A DNA stretch of 64,000 bases. Origin: Oligoflexales bacterium (GTDB lineage: Bacteria; Bdellovibrionota_B; Oligoflexia; Oligoflexales; Bog-1112). Of this stretch, positions 27,820 through 38,833 are shown piece after piece (the stretch's first letter is position 1; each line of letters begins with the position of its first letter). The DNA is taken from contig JBGCDR010000040.1 in NCBI GenBank assembly GCA_045105515.1, positions 25,664 to 89,663 of the forward strand. Reading direction: 5' to 3'. The translations under genes and the position numbers were made by a program. Under the pieces are notes generated by a model. It saw nothing but the letters and a program-made list of their open reading frames with translations. It was not told the origin of the DNA and made no database searches.

Positions 27820-30420
27820 GTGATCCAAACTTTTTTTAACTTTGAATTTTCAGCACCAGGTACTTTAGGATTTTTATTGGCTTTGTTGGCTTGTTTTCTC
27901 TGGTGGCTGATTCGAATCAGACAACAAAGGATGGAATTTCCTATACTGAGGATCCTAAAACCACGACCATCATACAAACCAAAATTGTCTTTATTCAAAC
28001 CTCCACTCATACCTTTTTTAAGCTTTATTATCATCGCTGCATCGATCATAACTTTTTTATTAAAACCAAAAATTATCAGTATTGAGCCCATCGATGCTAC
28101 AGGCTCGAAAATTCACCTTTTCATAGATATGAGTCCCTCTGTATCGGAAAAAATCTCTCTGGAAGAATACATCCAGGAGATATCTCGGATTTGGCTTCAG
28201 CTTATTCAAACCAAGCATATATCGCTGTCAACCAGTCATTCCAATAAAATTTGGAATGCGGCAGACCAGCAAAGTCTAGAAAGAAAACTATATAGCTTGA
28301 ATTTTCATCGCGCTGGCGCAAATTTAGGTTCCATCATTTCCAAACAATGGAAAAAAATTCATGGAGTAGATCGATTTATCGTAATTTCTGATAAAGACGC
28401 TCATAGCTGGAAAAATTTCAATTGGAGCTACCTACAAAAAGATACCGATCTGTGGTTTCATCCCATTAATAGGCCTTATTCAGAAAAAATTAACCTCTAT
28501 TTTACAAGGGCTAAACACCTTTCTCCTCCAGCTTCTCCAGTGATGGATTGGGATATCAGCATTGCACGAACAGGTACTAGCGAGGAAGCTAGTGGAGTCT
28601 TAGAAGTCAGCCTATCTGATCAAATATTAGCTTCAATACCATGGGCTATGAACAGTGAGCAAAAAGAACTAACCCTAAGGGTTAGTTGGCCGAGTGCATC
28701 CACACCTAATTTCGAAGGTAACCCTCCCCCCCTAGTTTGGAAGATAAAACCCAATGAATCAGATTCGATGTTAATAGACAATGAATTCAGAACCTCTCTC
28801 AAAGGAATGGAACAAAGCATCATTCTAGTTGCAGAATCAGGAGGAGAGCAAAGCCTTGAGAGCCCAACTCACGCCCTTCAAGCCTCATTAAAAATTCTTG
28901 GAATCATCCCCGAGCGCTTCGAATGGATTGCAAGCAATAAGCAAGAAGCAGAATCTTACCCTTTGTGGATACTCTTTATTGGTGAAAATGAAGATATATC
29001 ACCATATTGCCCAAAGTCACTTATGAACCATCGGCTCGAGCCCAAAGTATCCTCAAAATCAATTGGCACCTGGCTCATACCATATATTTCAAATAAAAAA
29101 AGCTTTCAAAACATTTGTTGGTGCTACCATAAGCTCCAAGTAGCTCCGTATTCAGGAAGTCCTATGCCTACTTTTTGCAAGGAGGTATACGATCGCAAGA
29201 GCTTAGCAGTAGTACTCAAATCCATCGGCGCAAAGCAATTGGGAGGACAAGTTGGAAGTGAGTTTAGTGCGTTGGCTTGGATTGGGAGTGATGAAAAATC
29301 CCATCTTTCAACTCTAGCATTTACAATTCCCATCAGGCCAAGTAGGACTTTTGGTATCACTCATAGCCAACTTCCCATTATCGTCAAAGGACTGTTGGCC
29401 CAATCTGGTTTTTTTGCGGATGGTAGTGAACACTTAAGGGAAGTTTGGCCCCGGATCAATGACAATACCAAGAATAGAGTTTGGTTAGATAGCACTTCTG
29501 AGCAAAGCGAAGTTTTAAAATTTAAACTTTCCAATATACCTGCTGGGGAAAGCTTATCAAAAGAAATCGGCAACAAATACCTACCCCCACATTGGGAAAA
29601 CTCCCGAGAGTTAAGTAAATCTATCCCTAACCAAAAAAAGATTCAAGAAAACCCTCTCCCTTGGATTTTTTCTCTTTTGGGCTTAATCATTTTTGCAAGT
29701 ATTGCCGAATTAGCTTGGCATATTTTAAAACGTCGCAGTTTGAGTACATCTTCATTGATTCTTATAAGCGCTCTACTTCTTCAAGAACAATCAACCCATG
29801 CACAGATCAATCTAGCAATTATTGCAAGCGACAATTCAAGGGGTGTTTCGGGACTAGAGCTTGAAGTATCTAGTCGCACCAGCCTAAAAATATCTAAAGA
29901 TCTGGTACAATTTTCTAGCTTCGATGAGAAGCTGCTTGAAGAACCCTGGCTCTGGGCTGGATCGATAAATTCGGTTAAAAACCTATCAGGAAATCTAGAT
30001 GAGAAAATTGGTCAATGGGTCCGCAGGGGTGGCATCTTGATTATCCAGAATAGTAGTACGACCGAGGAGCTGGAAAAACTCACCGAAAAAGGGTTTGGCT
30101 ACCAAAAGATTCCAGCACTTTGGCGCCCTATTCCCCCTGATCATGAATTAATGCGAAGTTTTTATCTACTTGATGCTCTTCCCACCTGCAATGGAAATTT
30201 ATGGCACGGCTTCATGTTTGATAACCGTTTAGCAATCCTTGCAATCCCTTATAAATTTCTTCCTTCTCTACTTGACTCAAGGTCTAAAACCAAGTGTTCA
30301 GAACCTCCAACCAGAGAACGAAATTTACGCATTTTTATCAATACGCTTATGGTAGCTTTGACGACTGATTACAAAAAAGATCAGATTCATATGAGAGAAA
30401 TATTAAAACGCCTTCAATAA
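27820..30420 (+). CDS. BatA-like N-terminus + vWA-like domain fused to a C-terminal DUF4159 domain
   Basis: N-terminal F.F..P..L...FP.LR BatA pattern and DMSPS (DxSxS). C-terminal PPDHELMRSFYLL...LTTDYKKDQIH...ILKRL is DUF4159-like. Confidence 0.75.
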   Translation: MIQTFFNFEFSAPGTLGFLLALLACFLWWLIRIRQQRMEFPILRILKPRPSYKPKLSLFKPPLIPFLSFIIIAASIITFLLKPKIISIEPIDATGSKIHLFIDMSPSVSEKISLEEYIQEISRIWLQLIQTKHISLSTSHSNKIWNAADQQSLERKLYSLNFHRAGANLGSIISKQWKKIHGVDRFIVISDKDAHSWKNFNWSYLQKDTDLWFHPINRPYSEKINLYFTRAKHLSPPASPVMDWDISIARTGTSEEASGVLEVSLSDQILASIPWAMNSEQKELTLRVSWPSASTPNFEGNPPPLVWKIKPNESDSMLIDNEFRTSLKGMEQSIILVAESGGEQSLESPTHALQASLKILGIIPERFEWIASNKQEAESYPLWILFIGENEDISPYCPKSLMNHRLEPKVSSKSIGTWLIPYISNKKSFQNICWCYHKLQVAPYSGSPMPTFCKEVYDRKSLAVVLKSIGAKQLGGQVGSEFSALAWIGSDEKSHLSTLAFTIPIRPSRTFGITHSQLPIIVKGLLAQSGFFADGSEHLREVWPRINDNTKNRVWLDSTSEQSEVLKFKLSNIPAGESLSKEIGNKYLPPHWENSRELSKSIPNQKKIQENPLPWIFSLLGLIIFASIAELAWHILKRRSLSTSSLILISALLLQEQSTHAQINLAIIASDNSRGVSGLELEVSSRTSLKISKDLVQFSSFDEKLLEEPWLWAGSINSVKNLSGNLDEKIGQWVRRGGILIIQNSSTTEELEKLTEKGFGYQKIPALWRPIPPDHELMRSFYLLDALPTCNGNLWHGFMFDNRLAILAIPYKFLPSLLDSRSKTKCSEPPTRERNLRIFINTLMVALTTDYKKDQIHMREILKRLQ

Positions 30421-30430
30421 GGGAATCAAT

Positions 30431-32740
30431 ATGCCCTACACGTTCTTTGCCTCTCTTTCACTTATTTCATTCATATGCCTGCTCTTAGCACTTTTGTGGT
30501 CTAAGCAGCTTGGCATCATCCGCGCATGCCTCTCAGCTTCTTGTAGGTTTGCCTGGATATTCCCCATATTATTTGCACTGTTTCCCAAGACTACGACTGA
30601 AGAACTTCCGAGAAGTTTAAGCTCCCAACAGATTCATGTCCTTCTCGATGATTCCGACAGTATGCAAAAATGGTCTGGCTTACAATCCCCTTTTTCGAAT
30701 GCCATGGAGAATATTAAAAATGTCAAACAAGAGTGCTTAAGATTAGGGTGTGAAGTCAAAATCTACAAACTGTCTGAATTGAATCCTATGACACTCGAAG
30801 GGTATACTCCCTTGAGCTCAAGCATAAATCAGTGGCTAAGTCAGACTAACGAAGATCCTTGGATTTTACTTTCAGATGGTGGAGACTTTCAGCCAAGCAT
30901 CCCTTGGAATCAAAACGTAAAAGATCTTGGTCTTTCAAGCGATAATCCACAGAAAAAGCGTGGAGTAATCTTAAGTTTTTCGAATCAAAATAAAGCAAAT
31001 ATTTGGATCGATACGGTCGATTTACCTCCTTTTGCCTTCGAAAGCAAGCCAGTATTCAGTGAAATTATCTTACGAAGAACGGAAAGCACAAGCAATGCAG
31101 AACGGCTCCAAGTACAAGTAATTTTGAACGATCAGATCCTAGCAAGTGATAACGCTACTTTCGCAAATGGACTATCCGAAGCACGGGTTAGCTTGCCTAT
31201 CCCTTCACTTCCAAGAGGGAAGCATCTCATAAGTTTCAAAATCTTGCCCAGCGCAAAGGAAGAGATTTTTTGGGACAATGAGGCACATACTCATATTGAG
31301 GTTATGCCAAATACAGTCGGAGTACTACATTTACTAGGAAGCCCTAGCTGGGATGGAAGGTTCTTGAGACGTTTTCTAAAATCCGAACCTAAATATGATC
31401 TAATTAGCTTCTATATCCTCAGAGACCCCTGGGATACGCAAGGTTCCAACGAAAGAGAGCTTAGTTTGATTCCTTTTCCTGTAAACCGGTTATTTAACGA
31501 GGAATTACCAAACTTTCGAGTTATCATTCTCCAAAATTTTACTCTTCTACAATTTCTGTTGCCTCAGTACCAAAAAAATCTCGTCAAGTTTGTAAAAGAT
31601 GGTGGGGGATTACTTTTCTTAGGAGGTCACAGAGCATTGCTTGACGCTGACATGAGAAACTCTCCACTCAAAGAAATATTACCTTTTACTCTTTCAACAA
31701 AAACCAAAGGAAAAAATAGATTTTTTTCTCCTGTTTTAAATGATATGAGCCCAGATAGAGTCGATAAAAATGGCCCTTGGTATGACTCAAAACTCGCATT
31801 CAACATCTCCTTAGCAAAACCTGACTGGGAAAAACGTGCGCTGGCTAATGTATACGATGATTGGGAGGCTCTCAAAAGCCCCATAACAAAGTTAAAGGGA
31901 ATGCATGGCCTACATCACATGGAAAACGTAAAGTTCAAAGAAAACGCATATACACCTCTTCTTTATGCTGAAAGTGCTGATGGAGTTCGAAGGCCATTAG
32001 CAATAGCCTCATATCCTGGCAAAGGCCGAGCTATATGGATTTTTTCTGATTCAATGTGGAAGCTGGCACTCAAACCAAGCCATGACATCTCCCGTGAGAT
32101 TTACAACGACTTTTTACAATCAGCAATGACTTGGCTTCTACGCCAAGACCTGAAAAAACCACTGATGATCAATCATTTCAAGCTCAGCCGAACAAAGGAC
32201 CAACTAGTACGTTGGAATGCGATATTAGAGGGGCCAGTGGTAAGTTACTTCGACTCGGCATCAAATTGGAGTTTAAATATTTGTGGAAGACAAATGCCTT
32301 TTACCCGGATTGATTCTGAACGCTTAGGCAACCAACACATCAAGATATCTGGTACATTAGACCTCATTATGAGTGGGGGTGAGAGATGCCCATTTTCGAT
32401 CCAAGGAATCCATCCTGCATTTGGTTCAGTCCGGGCATCTACTGCAGCTGTATTCCCTTCGGTTTTCAAAGACCATGAAATTGTATCCGCTCCCAACAAA
32501 CTGGAACAGCTTGCATCTTTAACCCAAGCTGAGTTTATCGATAATCGTAAACAACCCACTCAAGCTATTTACAAGTGGCTCGACCAAATCAATTCCCAGG
32601 AAGGTATTTCGTTGCCTCAACGATTTCGCTCTAAATTGGACTACTACTGGTTTATAGACACTTATTGGATATTTTTATTCATAGTTTTTTTACCTCTTGA
32701 GATCTTAATCAGGCGTTGGCATCACCTTGTTTCTTCCTGA
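30431..32740 (+). CDS. Membrane protein with vWA-like and glutamine-amidotransferase-like domain (MoxR operon partner)
   Basis: Motifs DDSDSM, LSDG, PSWDGRFLRRFLK.EP..DLISFYILR, ELSLIPFP..LF.EEL and KDGGGLLFLGG. N- and C-terminal TM segments. Confidence 0.75.
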   Translation: MPYTFFASLSLISFICLLLALLWSKQLGIIRACLSASCRFAWIFPILFALFPKTTTEELPRSLSSQQIHVLLDDSDSMQKWSGLQSPFSNAMENIKNVKQECLRLGCEVKIYKLSELNPMTLEGYTPLSSSINQWLSQTNEDPWILLSDGGDFQPSIPWNQNVKDLGLSSDNPQKKRGVILSFSNQNKANIWIDTVDLPPFAFESKPVFSEIILRRTESTSNAERLQVQVILNDQILASDNATFANGLSEARVSLPIPSLPRGKHLISFKILPSAKEEIFWDNEAHTHIEVMPNTVGVLHLLGSPSWDGRFLRRFLKSEPKYDLISFYILRDPWDTQGSNERELSLIPFPVNRLFNEELPNFRVIILQNFTLLQFLLPQYQKNLVKFVKDGGGLLFLGGHRALLDADMRNSPLKEILPFTLSTKTKGKNRFFSPVLNDMSPDRVDKNGPWYDSKLAFNISLAKPDWEKRALANVYDDWEALKSPITKLKGMHGLHHMENVKFKENAYTPLLYAESADGVRRPLAIASYPGKGRAIWIFSDSMWKLALKPSHDISREIYNDFLQSAMTWLLRQDLKKPLMINHFKLSRTKDQLVRWNAILEGPVVSYFDSASNWSLNICGRQMPFTRIDSERLGNQHIKISGTLDLIMSGGERCPFSIQGIHPAFGSVRASTAAVFPSVFKDHEIVSAPNKLEQLASLTQAEFIDNRKQPTQAIYKWLDQINSQEGISLPQRFRSKLDYYWFIDTYWIFLFIVFLPLEILIRRWHHLVSS

Positions 32741-32981
32741 CTAAGGGTATGGCTGATCGATTAAGAATGCCTTCCAAATAAGCAGCTTATTTATCGATGT
32801 GAAGATCGAATAAATTAAACCACTTTGAGAAATAAACTCTTCTAAGATGGGAGCTTCAGAGACTCCTCAAAAAAAACTGCAGAATAATTCCTAGCTATTT
32901 TCTTCAATTATTCCTCAATTTCCTTTGCGTACAACAGATTTACCTCTTAAGCTGCTATAAAGCCTAACAAAGTCACTTAAA

Positions 32982-34247
32982 TTGTTAGCTTCGCAAAGGA
33001 TAGTTATGGATCTTAACAATACTAAAAAATCAAAATCGAAGTTGAGAAGACGCTCACTATTAAAACACTCATTGTTGCTGTCTTCAGGCATCATATCCCA
33101 GAAAATTTTTGCCAAACAAAACCTTGTGGCGTCAGACCGAATCATAGGAAAACCCTCAGAAGATCAAGCTTATGGGAAAGTTGCAGATTCTAGCCTGTTT
33201 AGAAGTCTTTTACCTGGTGATAATTTTAATGCAAGATCAGTTAGTCCACTTTCCCAACTAATAGGTGCAATAACACCTTCAGGACTTCATTTTGAACGGC
33301 ATCATTCTGGTATACCTCAGATCGAGGCAAAAGAACATAAGCTACTTATCCAGGGCAAAAGTGGACAAAATAAACTCCTAAACATGAACGAAATAAGACG
33401 TTACCCACAAAGAACCATACCAGCTTTTATTGAATGCTCTGGTAATAGCAGTGATAATTGGAAAAACCAAGCTCAAGAGGAAACAGTGGATGTACTTCAT
33501 GGTATGACATCGCAATCATTTTGGACAGGCGTTCCCATGTCATACCTCTTGGAGGCAATCAATGCTCCTAGAGAACAGGCTTGGATTATTGCTGAAGGAA
33601 AAGATGCCGCATCCCTAGCGAGGAGCATTCCAATCGAGAAGTGCTGGAAAGATGGCTTGATAGCCTATGGTCAAAATGGTGAGCCTACTCGCGCAGAACA
33701 AGGTTACCCTTTACGTTTGATTCTACCGGGATGGGAGGGCAATTGCCAAATAAAGTGGTTATCTCGTCTTGAGCTAAGTGACAGGCCCGCCTATAGCTAT
33801 CAGGAAACCGCAAAATATAGTGATCTTTATAAGGACGGTAAGGCTCGTTTATTCACTTTTGCAATGGGAACAAAATCTGTCATTACTTTCCCTTCAGGAA
33901 AAATGCAACTACCAGATAAAGGATTCTATGAAATCCAAGGACTAGCCTGGTCAGGCCTGGGTTCCATAAAATATGTGGAAATTTCGACTGATGCTGGCTT
34001 AACTTGGTTGAAAGCAAGCTTAGAAGGGCCTGTGCTTCCCCATTCTCACACTCGCTTCTTTTTTCCATGGCAATGGGATGGCAAAGAAACCACGATTTTA
34101 AGTCGAGCTGTAGACTCAAGCGGGTCTAGGCAACCTAGCCGAAATGAGTTAATAAGCAAGCTAGGGGATAAGCCTTATTATCACTGCAACTGCACCCAAG
34201 CATGGAAAATTAAAACTTCTGGAGACGTGGAGAACACCTATGTATAA
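32982..34247 (+). CDS. soxC: Sulfite-oxidase-family molybdoenzyme, SoxC/SorA-like
   Basis: Tat-like RRRSLLK signal; motifs ITPSGLHFERHH, IECSGN (Mo-ligating Cys), GQNGEP...GYPLRL..PGWEGN..IKWL and GLAWSG. Likely start is ATG 33006 (SD AAGGA). Confidence 0.88.
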   Translation: MLASQRIVMDLNNTKKSKSKLRRRSLLKHSLLLSSGIISQKIFAKQNLVASDRIIGKPSEDQAYGKVADSSLFRSLLPGDNFNARSVSPLSQLIGAITPSGLHFERHHSGIPQIEAKEHKLLIQGKSGQNKLLNMNEIRRYPQRTIPAFIECSGNSSDNWKNQAQEETVDVLHGMTSQSFWTGVPMSYLLEAINAPREQAWIIAEGKDAASLARSIPIEKCWKDGLIAYGQNGEPTRAEQGYPLRLILPGWEGNCQIKWLSRLELSDRPAYSYQETAKYSDLYKDGKARLFTFAMGTKSVITFPSGKMQLPDKGFYEIQGLAWSGLGSIKYVEISTDAGLTWLKASLEGPVLPHSHTRFFFPWQWDGKETTILSRAVDSSGSRQPSRNELISKLGDKPYYHCNCTQAWKIKTSGDVENTYV

Positions 34248-34794
34248 AGCTGTATTGGCTATGTTGTTCATTACGAATAAGTTACTAGCCGTAACACAAG
34301 CCTATACTGGACCTATTGAATTTGGTAGACCTGCAACCCTTGAAGAGCTCAGCACCTATCCTCGCACACATTTTCCGGATGGCGAGAATCTACCGGCAGG
34401 CCAAGGCAACTATGCCGAAGGCAAGCAACTCTACCAAATTCACTGCGTATCTTGCCATGGCCCACAAATGAAGGGAAAAGCCGCATTTAATGCTCCCAGG
34501 CTCATTGGAGGGAGGGGAAGTTTAAAAGGCGGGGACAAACCCATAAAAACTGTAGAAAGCTTTTGGCCTCATGCAGTTAGCCTTTATGACTATATAAGCC
34601 GGGCAATGCCTTTCCTAACTCCCAAAATATTAACTGCTAACGAAGTTTACGCGTTATGTGCCTATATCCTAGCCGAAGCACATATTATTCCAAAGACGAC
34701 ACTAATGGATGAAACCAGCTTGCCTAAGGTTGCAATGCCTAACAAAGATGGTTTTATAGATCCCTATACTAAGCAAAGAAAGACTTCCATCTAA
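34240..34794 (+). CDS. soxD: Monohaem cytochrome c, SoxD-like
   Basis: CVSCHG haem motif and KTVESFWP...YDYI.RAMP. Overlaps the end of soxC. Confidence 0.8.
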   Translation: MYKAVLAMLFITNKLLAVTQAYTGPIEFGRPATLEELSTYPRTHFPDGENLPAGQGNYAEGKQLYQIHCVSCHGPQMKGKAAFNAPRLIGGRGSLKGGDKPIKTVESFWPHAVSLYDYISRAMPFLTPKILTANEVYALCAYILAEAHIIPKTTLMDETSLPKVAMPNKDGFIDPYTKQRKTSI

Positions 34795-34806
34795 GCTTTC
34801 CTTAAT

Positions 34807-35838
34807 TTAAATATACCCAGGTCGAGCAGCTAGCTTTTTTTCCCATGCTAGAGACGACTCTATGATTTTTTTGAGATCTGCAAAATGCGGCGACCAGTCC
34901 AAAAGGCCCTGGATTTTTTCTGCTTTAGCTACCAACTTCGCTACATCACCAGGTCTACATTCTCCTACTTTTTTATTCAGTGAATGGCCTATAATTTCCT
35001 CGACTGCAGCTATAACCTCGTGCACGGAATAACCACAATTGTAACCACAATTAATAGCCATGCTGTCACCACCCTTTTCAAGGTATTCTAAAGCTGCTAG
35101 ATGGGCTCTAGCGAGATCTACAACGTGCACATAGTCACGCACACAGCTTCCATCTGGAGTACTGTAATCCTCCCCGTAAATGGTAATCTGCTTCCGTTTC
35201 CCAGTTGCAACTTCGCAGGCTATTTTGATCAGGTGAGTTGAAACTTTAGAGCTTTGCCCAATCCTTAAATCAGGATCTGCTCCCGCAACATTAAAGTAAC
35301 GAATTGCAGCGTAGCTCAATGGGTTTACTACAGCTAGATCACTAAGCATCCACTCATCAATGAGCTTAGATTTACCATAAGGGTGGATAGGTCTTGTGAT
35401 CCCACTCTCATCAATAGCTTCCTCATGGTCATCGCCGTAAACTGCCGCACTAGAAGATAATATAAAATGCTTTAATTGCATTTCTTTAGCAGATTCTAGC
35501 AAAGCGAGAGTATTTGCTACGTTATTATGATAGTACTCAAGCGGCAAATTGATGGATTCTGGTACAACAATAGAGCCTGCAAAATGAAGAACAGAGTCAA
35601 TTTGATACTTTTCCATTACCTGAGTCATCAAGCTCCGATCTCCACAATTTCCTTCTATCAGAATCTCCTGGTGTAAGAGTGCATCTTTGTGACCGGTAGA
35701 GAGATCATCAACTACAATGACCTGATATCCTGACTCACTCAATTGGCAGCAAACATGACTGCCAATATATCCACAACCACCTGTAACTAATACGGATTTA
35801 CTTTTTTGCTGCATCTTAATTCCCAAAGATTCATTCAA
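34807..35838 (-). CDS. galE: UDP-glucose 4-epimerase
   Basis: Motifs VTGGCGYIGSH, HFAG, SSSAAVYG, PYGKSK, RYFNVAGA and RDYVHV. Confidence 0.95.
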   Translation of the reverse strand: MNESLGIKMQQKSKSVLVTGGCGYIGSHVCCQLSESGYQVIVVDDLSTGHKDALLHQEILIEGNCGDRSLMTQVMEKYQIDSVLHFAGSIVVPESINLPLEYYHNNVANTLALLESAKEMQLKHFILSSSAAVYGDDHEEAIDESGITRPIHPYGKSKLIDEWMLSDLAVVNPLSYAAIRYFNVAGADPDLRIGQSSKVSTHLIKIACEVATGKRKQITIYGEDYSTPDGSCVRDYVHVVDLARAHLAALEYLEKGGDSMAINCGYNCGYSVHEVIAAVEEIIGHSLNKKVGECRPGDVAKLVAKAEKIQGLLDWSPHFADLKKIIESSLAWEKKLAARPGYI

Positions 35839-36155
35839 GCTTGTACCCTCCCATCTTTTATAGGCTCTAATAGAGATCTTTCCAATTAAAATTAAAGCTT
35901 AGCGAGCATGCAAGAATTCTTATATCTTTCACGGCCGCAGACTAAGACCATAAGTATTTGTAATATAGAATATAAATGCATTAATTTAAGAATAAAACTA
36001 AAAAGCCGATATTATTTACTGAAGCAATTCTAAGGCCTGATTTCGCTTAAAATTGCCGTGTATTAGGGTTAAAGCCCAATGGTGCGGACAGGCTTGCATG
36101 TATTATCCTGGGAGCAAAGGTGGATCAAATTTTCCATCTTGAAAGTTAGAGACTT

Positions 36156-36821
36156 ATGGACGTGAAAATTTTTCATTTGATGTTATTTATGTTGCTAAGC
36201 GTGAGCTGTGCTGACGATCCCTTAGGTTCTTCAACTAACAAGAAAGAATCGACAGAACAGCAGGAAACCCAAGGTGTTAACAGGCCTATTAGCGAAAATG
36301 CAACTCCAGTTGATGCAGTCAAACCGCTAGAGTCTGGGGAAACATGGTCTCTTCTAACCGAAGAAGACATATTTACTAGCAAACAAGACATCACTATTTA
36401 CCGAACAACGGATACCGATGATGAACTTTGCGTATTGAGCCCTGGCCTTCAATTTATCATCCTATCGAAAGCAAATACATACCTTAAAATTCGTCTTGAT
36501 CGAATTGCACAAGATGAGAATTGTCCATTGGAGGAACAGTCTGTAGGGTTTATTAAGACCGAAGACTCAGAAACAAACTCCGAAACTGAGTTTGAAAGCT
36601 CTGAGCTTGAGCCCCATAGGCTAACTTATGATCTTAAGATTTATCGTAGCAACGATAAAACTGATCAAGCACTTTGCACTGTAGCAAAAGGTAACGCTGT
36701 ATTAATTAACCCAAGCAATACAAGCATCCAGGTACCATATAGCAAGCAGTGTGACCCAGACTTTAACCTCGGCTACTACCGATATGTTCCTGGCATCTGG
36801 TGGGAAGATCAGCCTAGGTAG
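36156..36821 (+). CDS. Uncharacterised lipoprotein with an internal repeat
   Basis: Lipobox LSVS-C. Repeated unit IYRTTDTDDELCVLSPG / IYRSNDKTDQALCTVAKG. Confidence 0.65.
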   Translation: MDVKIFHLMLFMLLSVSCADDPLGSSTNKKESTEQQETQGVNRPISENATPVDAVKPLESGETWSLLTEEDIFTSKQDITIYRTTDTDDELCVLSPGLQFIILSKANTYLKIRLDRIAQDENCPLEEQSVGFIKTEDSETNSETEFESSELEPHRLTYDLKIYRSNDKTDQALCTVAKGNAVLINPSNTSIQVPYSKQCDPDFNLGYYRYVPGIWWEDQPR

Positions 36822-36982
36822 TGACAATTCCCCTCAAGAGATAAGTTCAAAATATTTCTAACACTGCAAAAATAAAGCCACCTGATAGCAAAGCCTTGCA
36901 TTCATAGGTAGGATTCATTAGAAAGGTATGCTGGTTCTAAACACAGCAAGCAATTAAAAGTATCCAGGAAAATAAAAAAATT

Positions 36983-38833
36983 ATGGAATCTTACCAAGTT
37001 ATAGTTATTGGTGGAGGGCATGCAGGTTGTGAAGCAGCCCTAGCCTCAGCACGCATGGGTGTTAAAACTCTCCTGATGACTCAATCAGTAGATCGCATTG
37101 CTGCCATGAGCTGCAATCCGGCAATAGGTGGAACTGCTAAAGGACATTTAGTTAAAGAGATTGATGCACTAGGTGGAGAGATGGCAAAAGCCATAGACCA
37201 AACCGGCATCCAATTTCGCATACTAAATCGGAAGAAGGGTCCAGCAATTTGGTCATCTCGAGCCCAAGCTGACATGGGACTTTATAGTCGGTATATGAAG
37301 CATGCCTTAGAACAAACTGAAAACCTCGCAATTAAACAAGATACCGTTGAAGGTCTTATTCTAGATCAGAGCAACAAAGACGCTCCAAAGGTGATAGGGG
37401 TAGATACCAAGATCTTTGGACAGATTATGGCTGAGAAAGTCGTTATCACAGCTGGAACCTTTCTTGATGGACTCATTCATATAGGTAAAAATAAAATCGG
37501 TGCCGGGCGAGCTGGAGATGCTCCATCTATAGGGCTTTCACAGTTTATTCGTAATTTCGGTTTTAGGGTAGGTAGGCTCAAAACAGGCACTACTCCAAGG
37601 CTTGATGCTAAAACAATCAATTGGAATATTCTTGAACGTCAGGATTCAGATGCTGATATCATCCCTTTCAGTTTTTCTACACCAAAAATTGGTCAAAAAC
37701 TTATCCCCTGTTACATAACCAAGACCAATGCTAAGACTCATGAAGTAATTGCCAATCACATGGGTGAATCTCCTCTATATAGCGGCGAAATTACGGGAAT
37801 TGGACCCCGTTACTGCCCGTCTATCGAGGATAAAATCGTAAAGTTCCCTGATCGATTATCACATCAGATCTTTTTAGAACCACAAGGCTATGACACCTGT
37901 GAAGTTTATCCTAATGGAATATCCACCTCTTTACCATTAGCTGTACAAATAAAGTTTATCCGTACCATAGAAGGACTAGAAAATGCTGAGATTATTCGTC
38001 CTGGTTATGCTATTGAATATGATTTCGTTGATCCGACCGAACTTAAAAATAACCTAGAGACAAAGAAAGTCTCTAATCTTTATCTCGCTGGTCAAGTCAA
38101 CGGAACCACTGGCTATGAGGAAGCAGCAGCTCAGGGCCTACTAGCAGGCATAAACGCTGCTCTTGGCTGTAAAGGAAAAGATCCTTTAGTTTTAAGTCGC
38201 TCAAGAGCTTATATCGGAGTTCTGATAGACGACCTCATAACTAAGGGTACCAATGAACCATACAGAATGTTTACTTCCCGTGCTGAACACCGCTTATTCC
38301 TTAGAGAAGATAATGCAGATACTCGCTTAACTGAAATAGGACGAAGCTTGGGTCTTATTAATGATTCGGAATACCAAGCTTTTGCCGAAAGAATTAGGCA
38401 AGTAAAAGAAGGACATGAATACCTTCGACAAACTCGCTACGGAGAGCTTGATATAGCATCACACCTCTACGAAGGGAGTGACAACAGAGGAACACCCTTG
38501 ATAAATCTTATCCGCAGACCTACTGCCACTTTGGAAGACTCTGGAATACTTCCACACCTAGTAGCTTCGATTAAACGGCGCATAGAAATCGAGGTTAAGT
38601 ATGAGGGATATATAGCTCGTGAACTTAGAGCTGTAAAAGACACTGAAACCCTCGATAAAATCAAGATTCCAGCCGCAATTAATTACAGCAAGGTCAATGG
38701 CTTAAACAATGAGGCTGTGCAAAAACTTGTACATTTTAAACCCCAGACCCTTGGCCAGGCATCACGTATCAGTGGCATTACTCCTGCAGCAACTCATATC
38801 TTGAGAATCTGGCTTAGGGATGGACTTGCTTAA
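36983..38833 (+). CDS. mnmG: tRNA uridine-5-carboxymethylaminomethyl modification enzyme
   Basis: Motifs [56 protein letters not shown] and [11 protein letters not shown]. Confidence 0.98.
   Translation: MESYQVIVIGGGHAGCEAALASARMGVKTLLMTQSVDRIAAMSCNPAIGGTAKGHLVKEIDALGGEMAKAIDQTGIQFRILNRKKGPAIWSSRAQADMGLYSRYMKHALEQTENLAIKQDTVEGLILDQSNKDAPKVIGVDTKIFGQIMAEKVVITAGTFLDGLIHIGKNKIGAGRAGDAPSIGLSQFIRNFGFRVGRLKTGTTPRLDAKTINWNILERQDSDADIIPFSFSTPKIGQKLIPCYITKTNAKTHEVIANHMGESPLYSGEITGIGPRYCPSIEDKIVKFPDRLSHQIFLEPQGYDTCEVYPNGISTSLPLAVQIKFIRTIEGLENAEIIRPGYAIEYDFVDPTELKNNLETKKVSNLYLAGQVNGTTGYEEAAAQGLLAGINAALGCKGKDPLVLSRSRAYIGVLIDDLITKGTNEPYRMFTSRAEHRLFLREDNADTRLTEIGRSLGLINDSEYQAFAERIRQVKEGHEYLRQTRYGELDIASHLYEGSDNRGTPLINLIRRPTATLEDSGILPHLVASIKRRIEIEVKYEGYIARELRAVKDTETLDKIKIPAAINYSKVNGLNNEAVQKLVHFKPQTLGQASRISGITPAATHILRIWLRDGLA

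Noticed and set aside
25835-32740. MoxR-vWA ternary conflict system
   Set aside because: No effector, peptidase or STAND components; the content matches the MoxR-proper/DUF58/BatA type.
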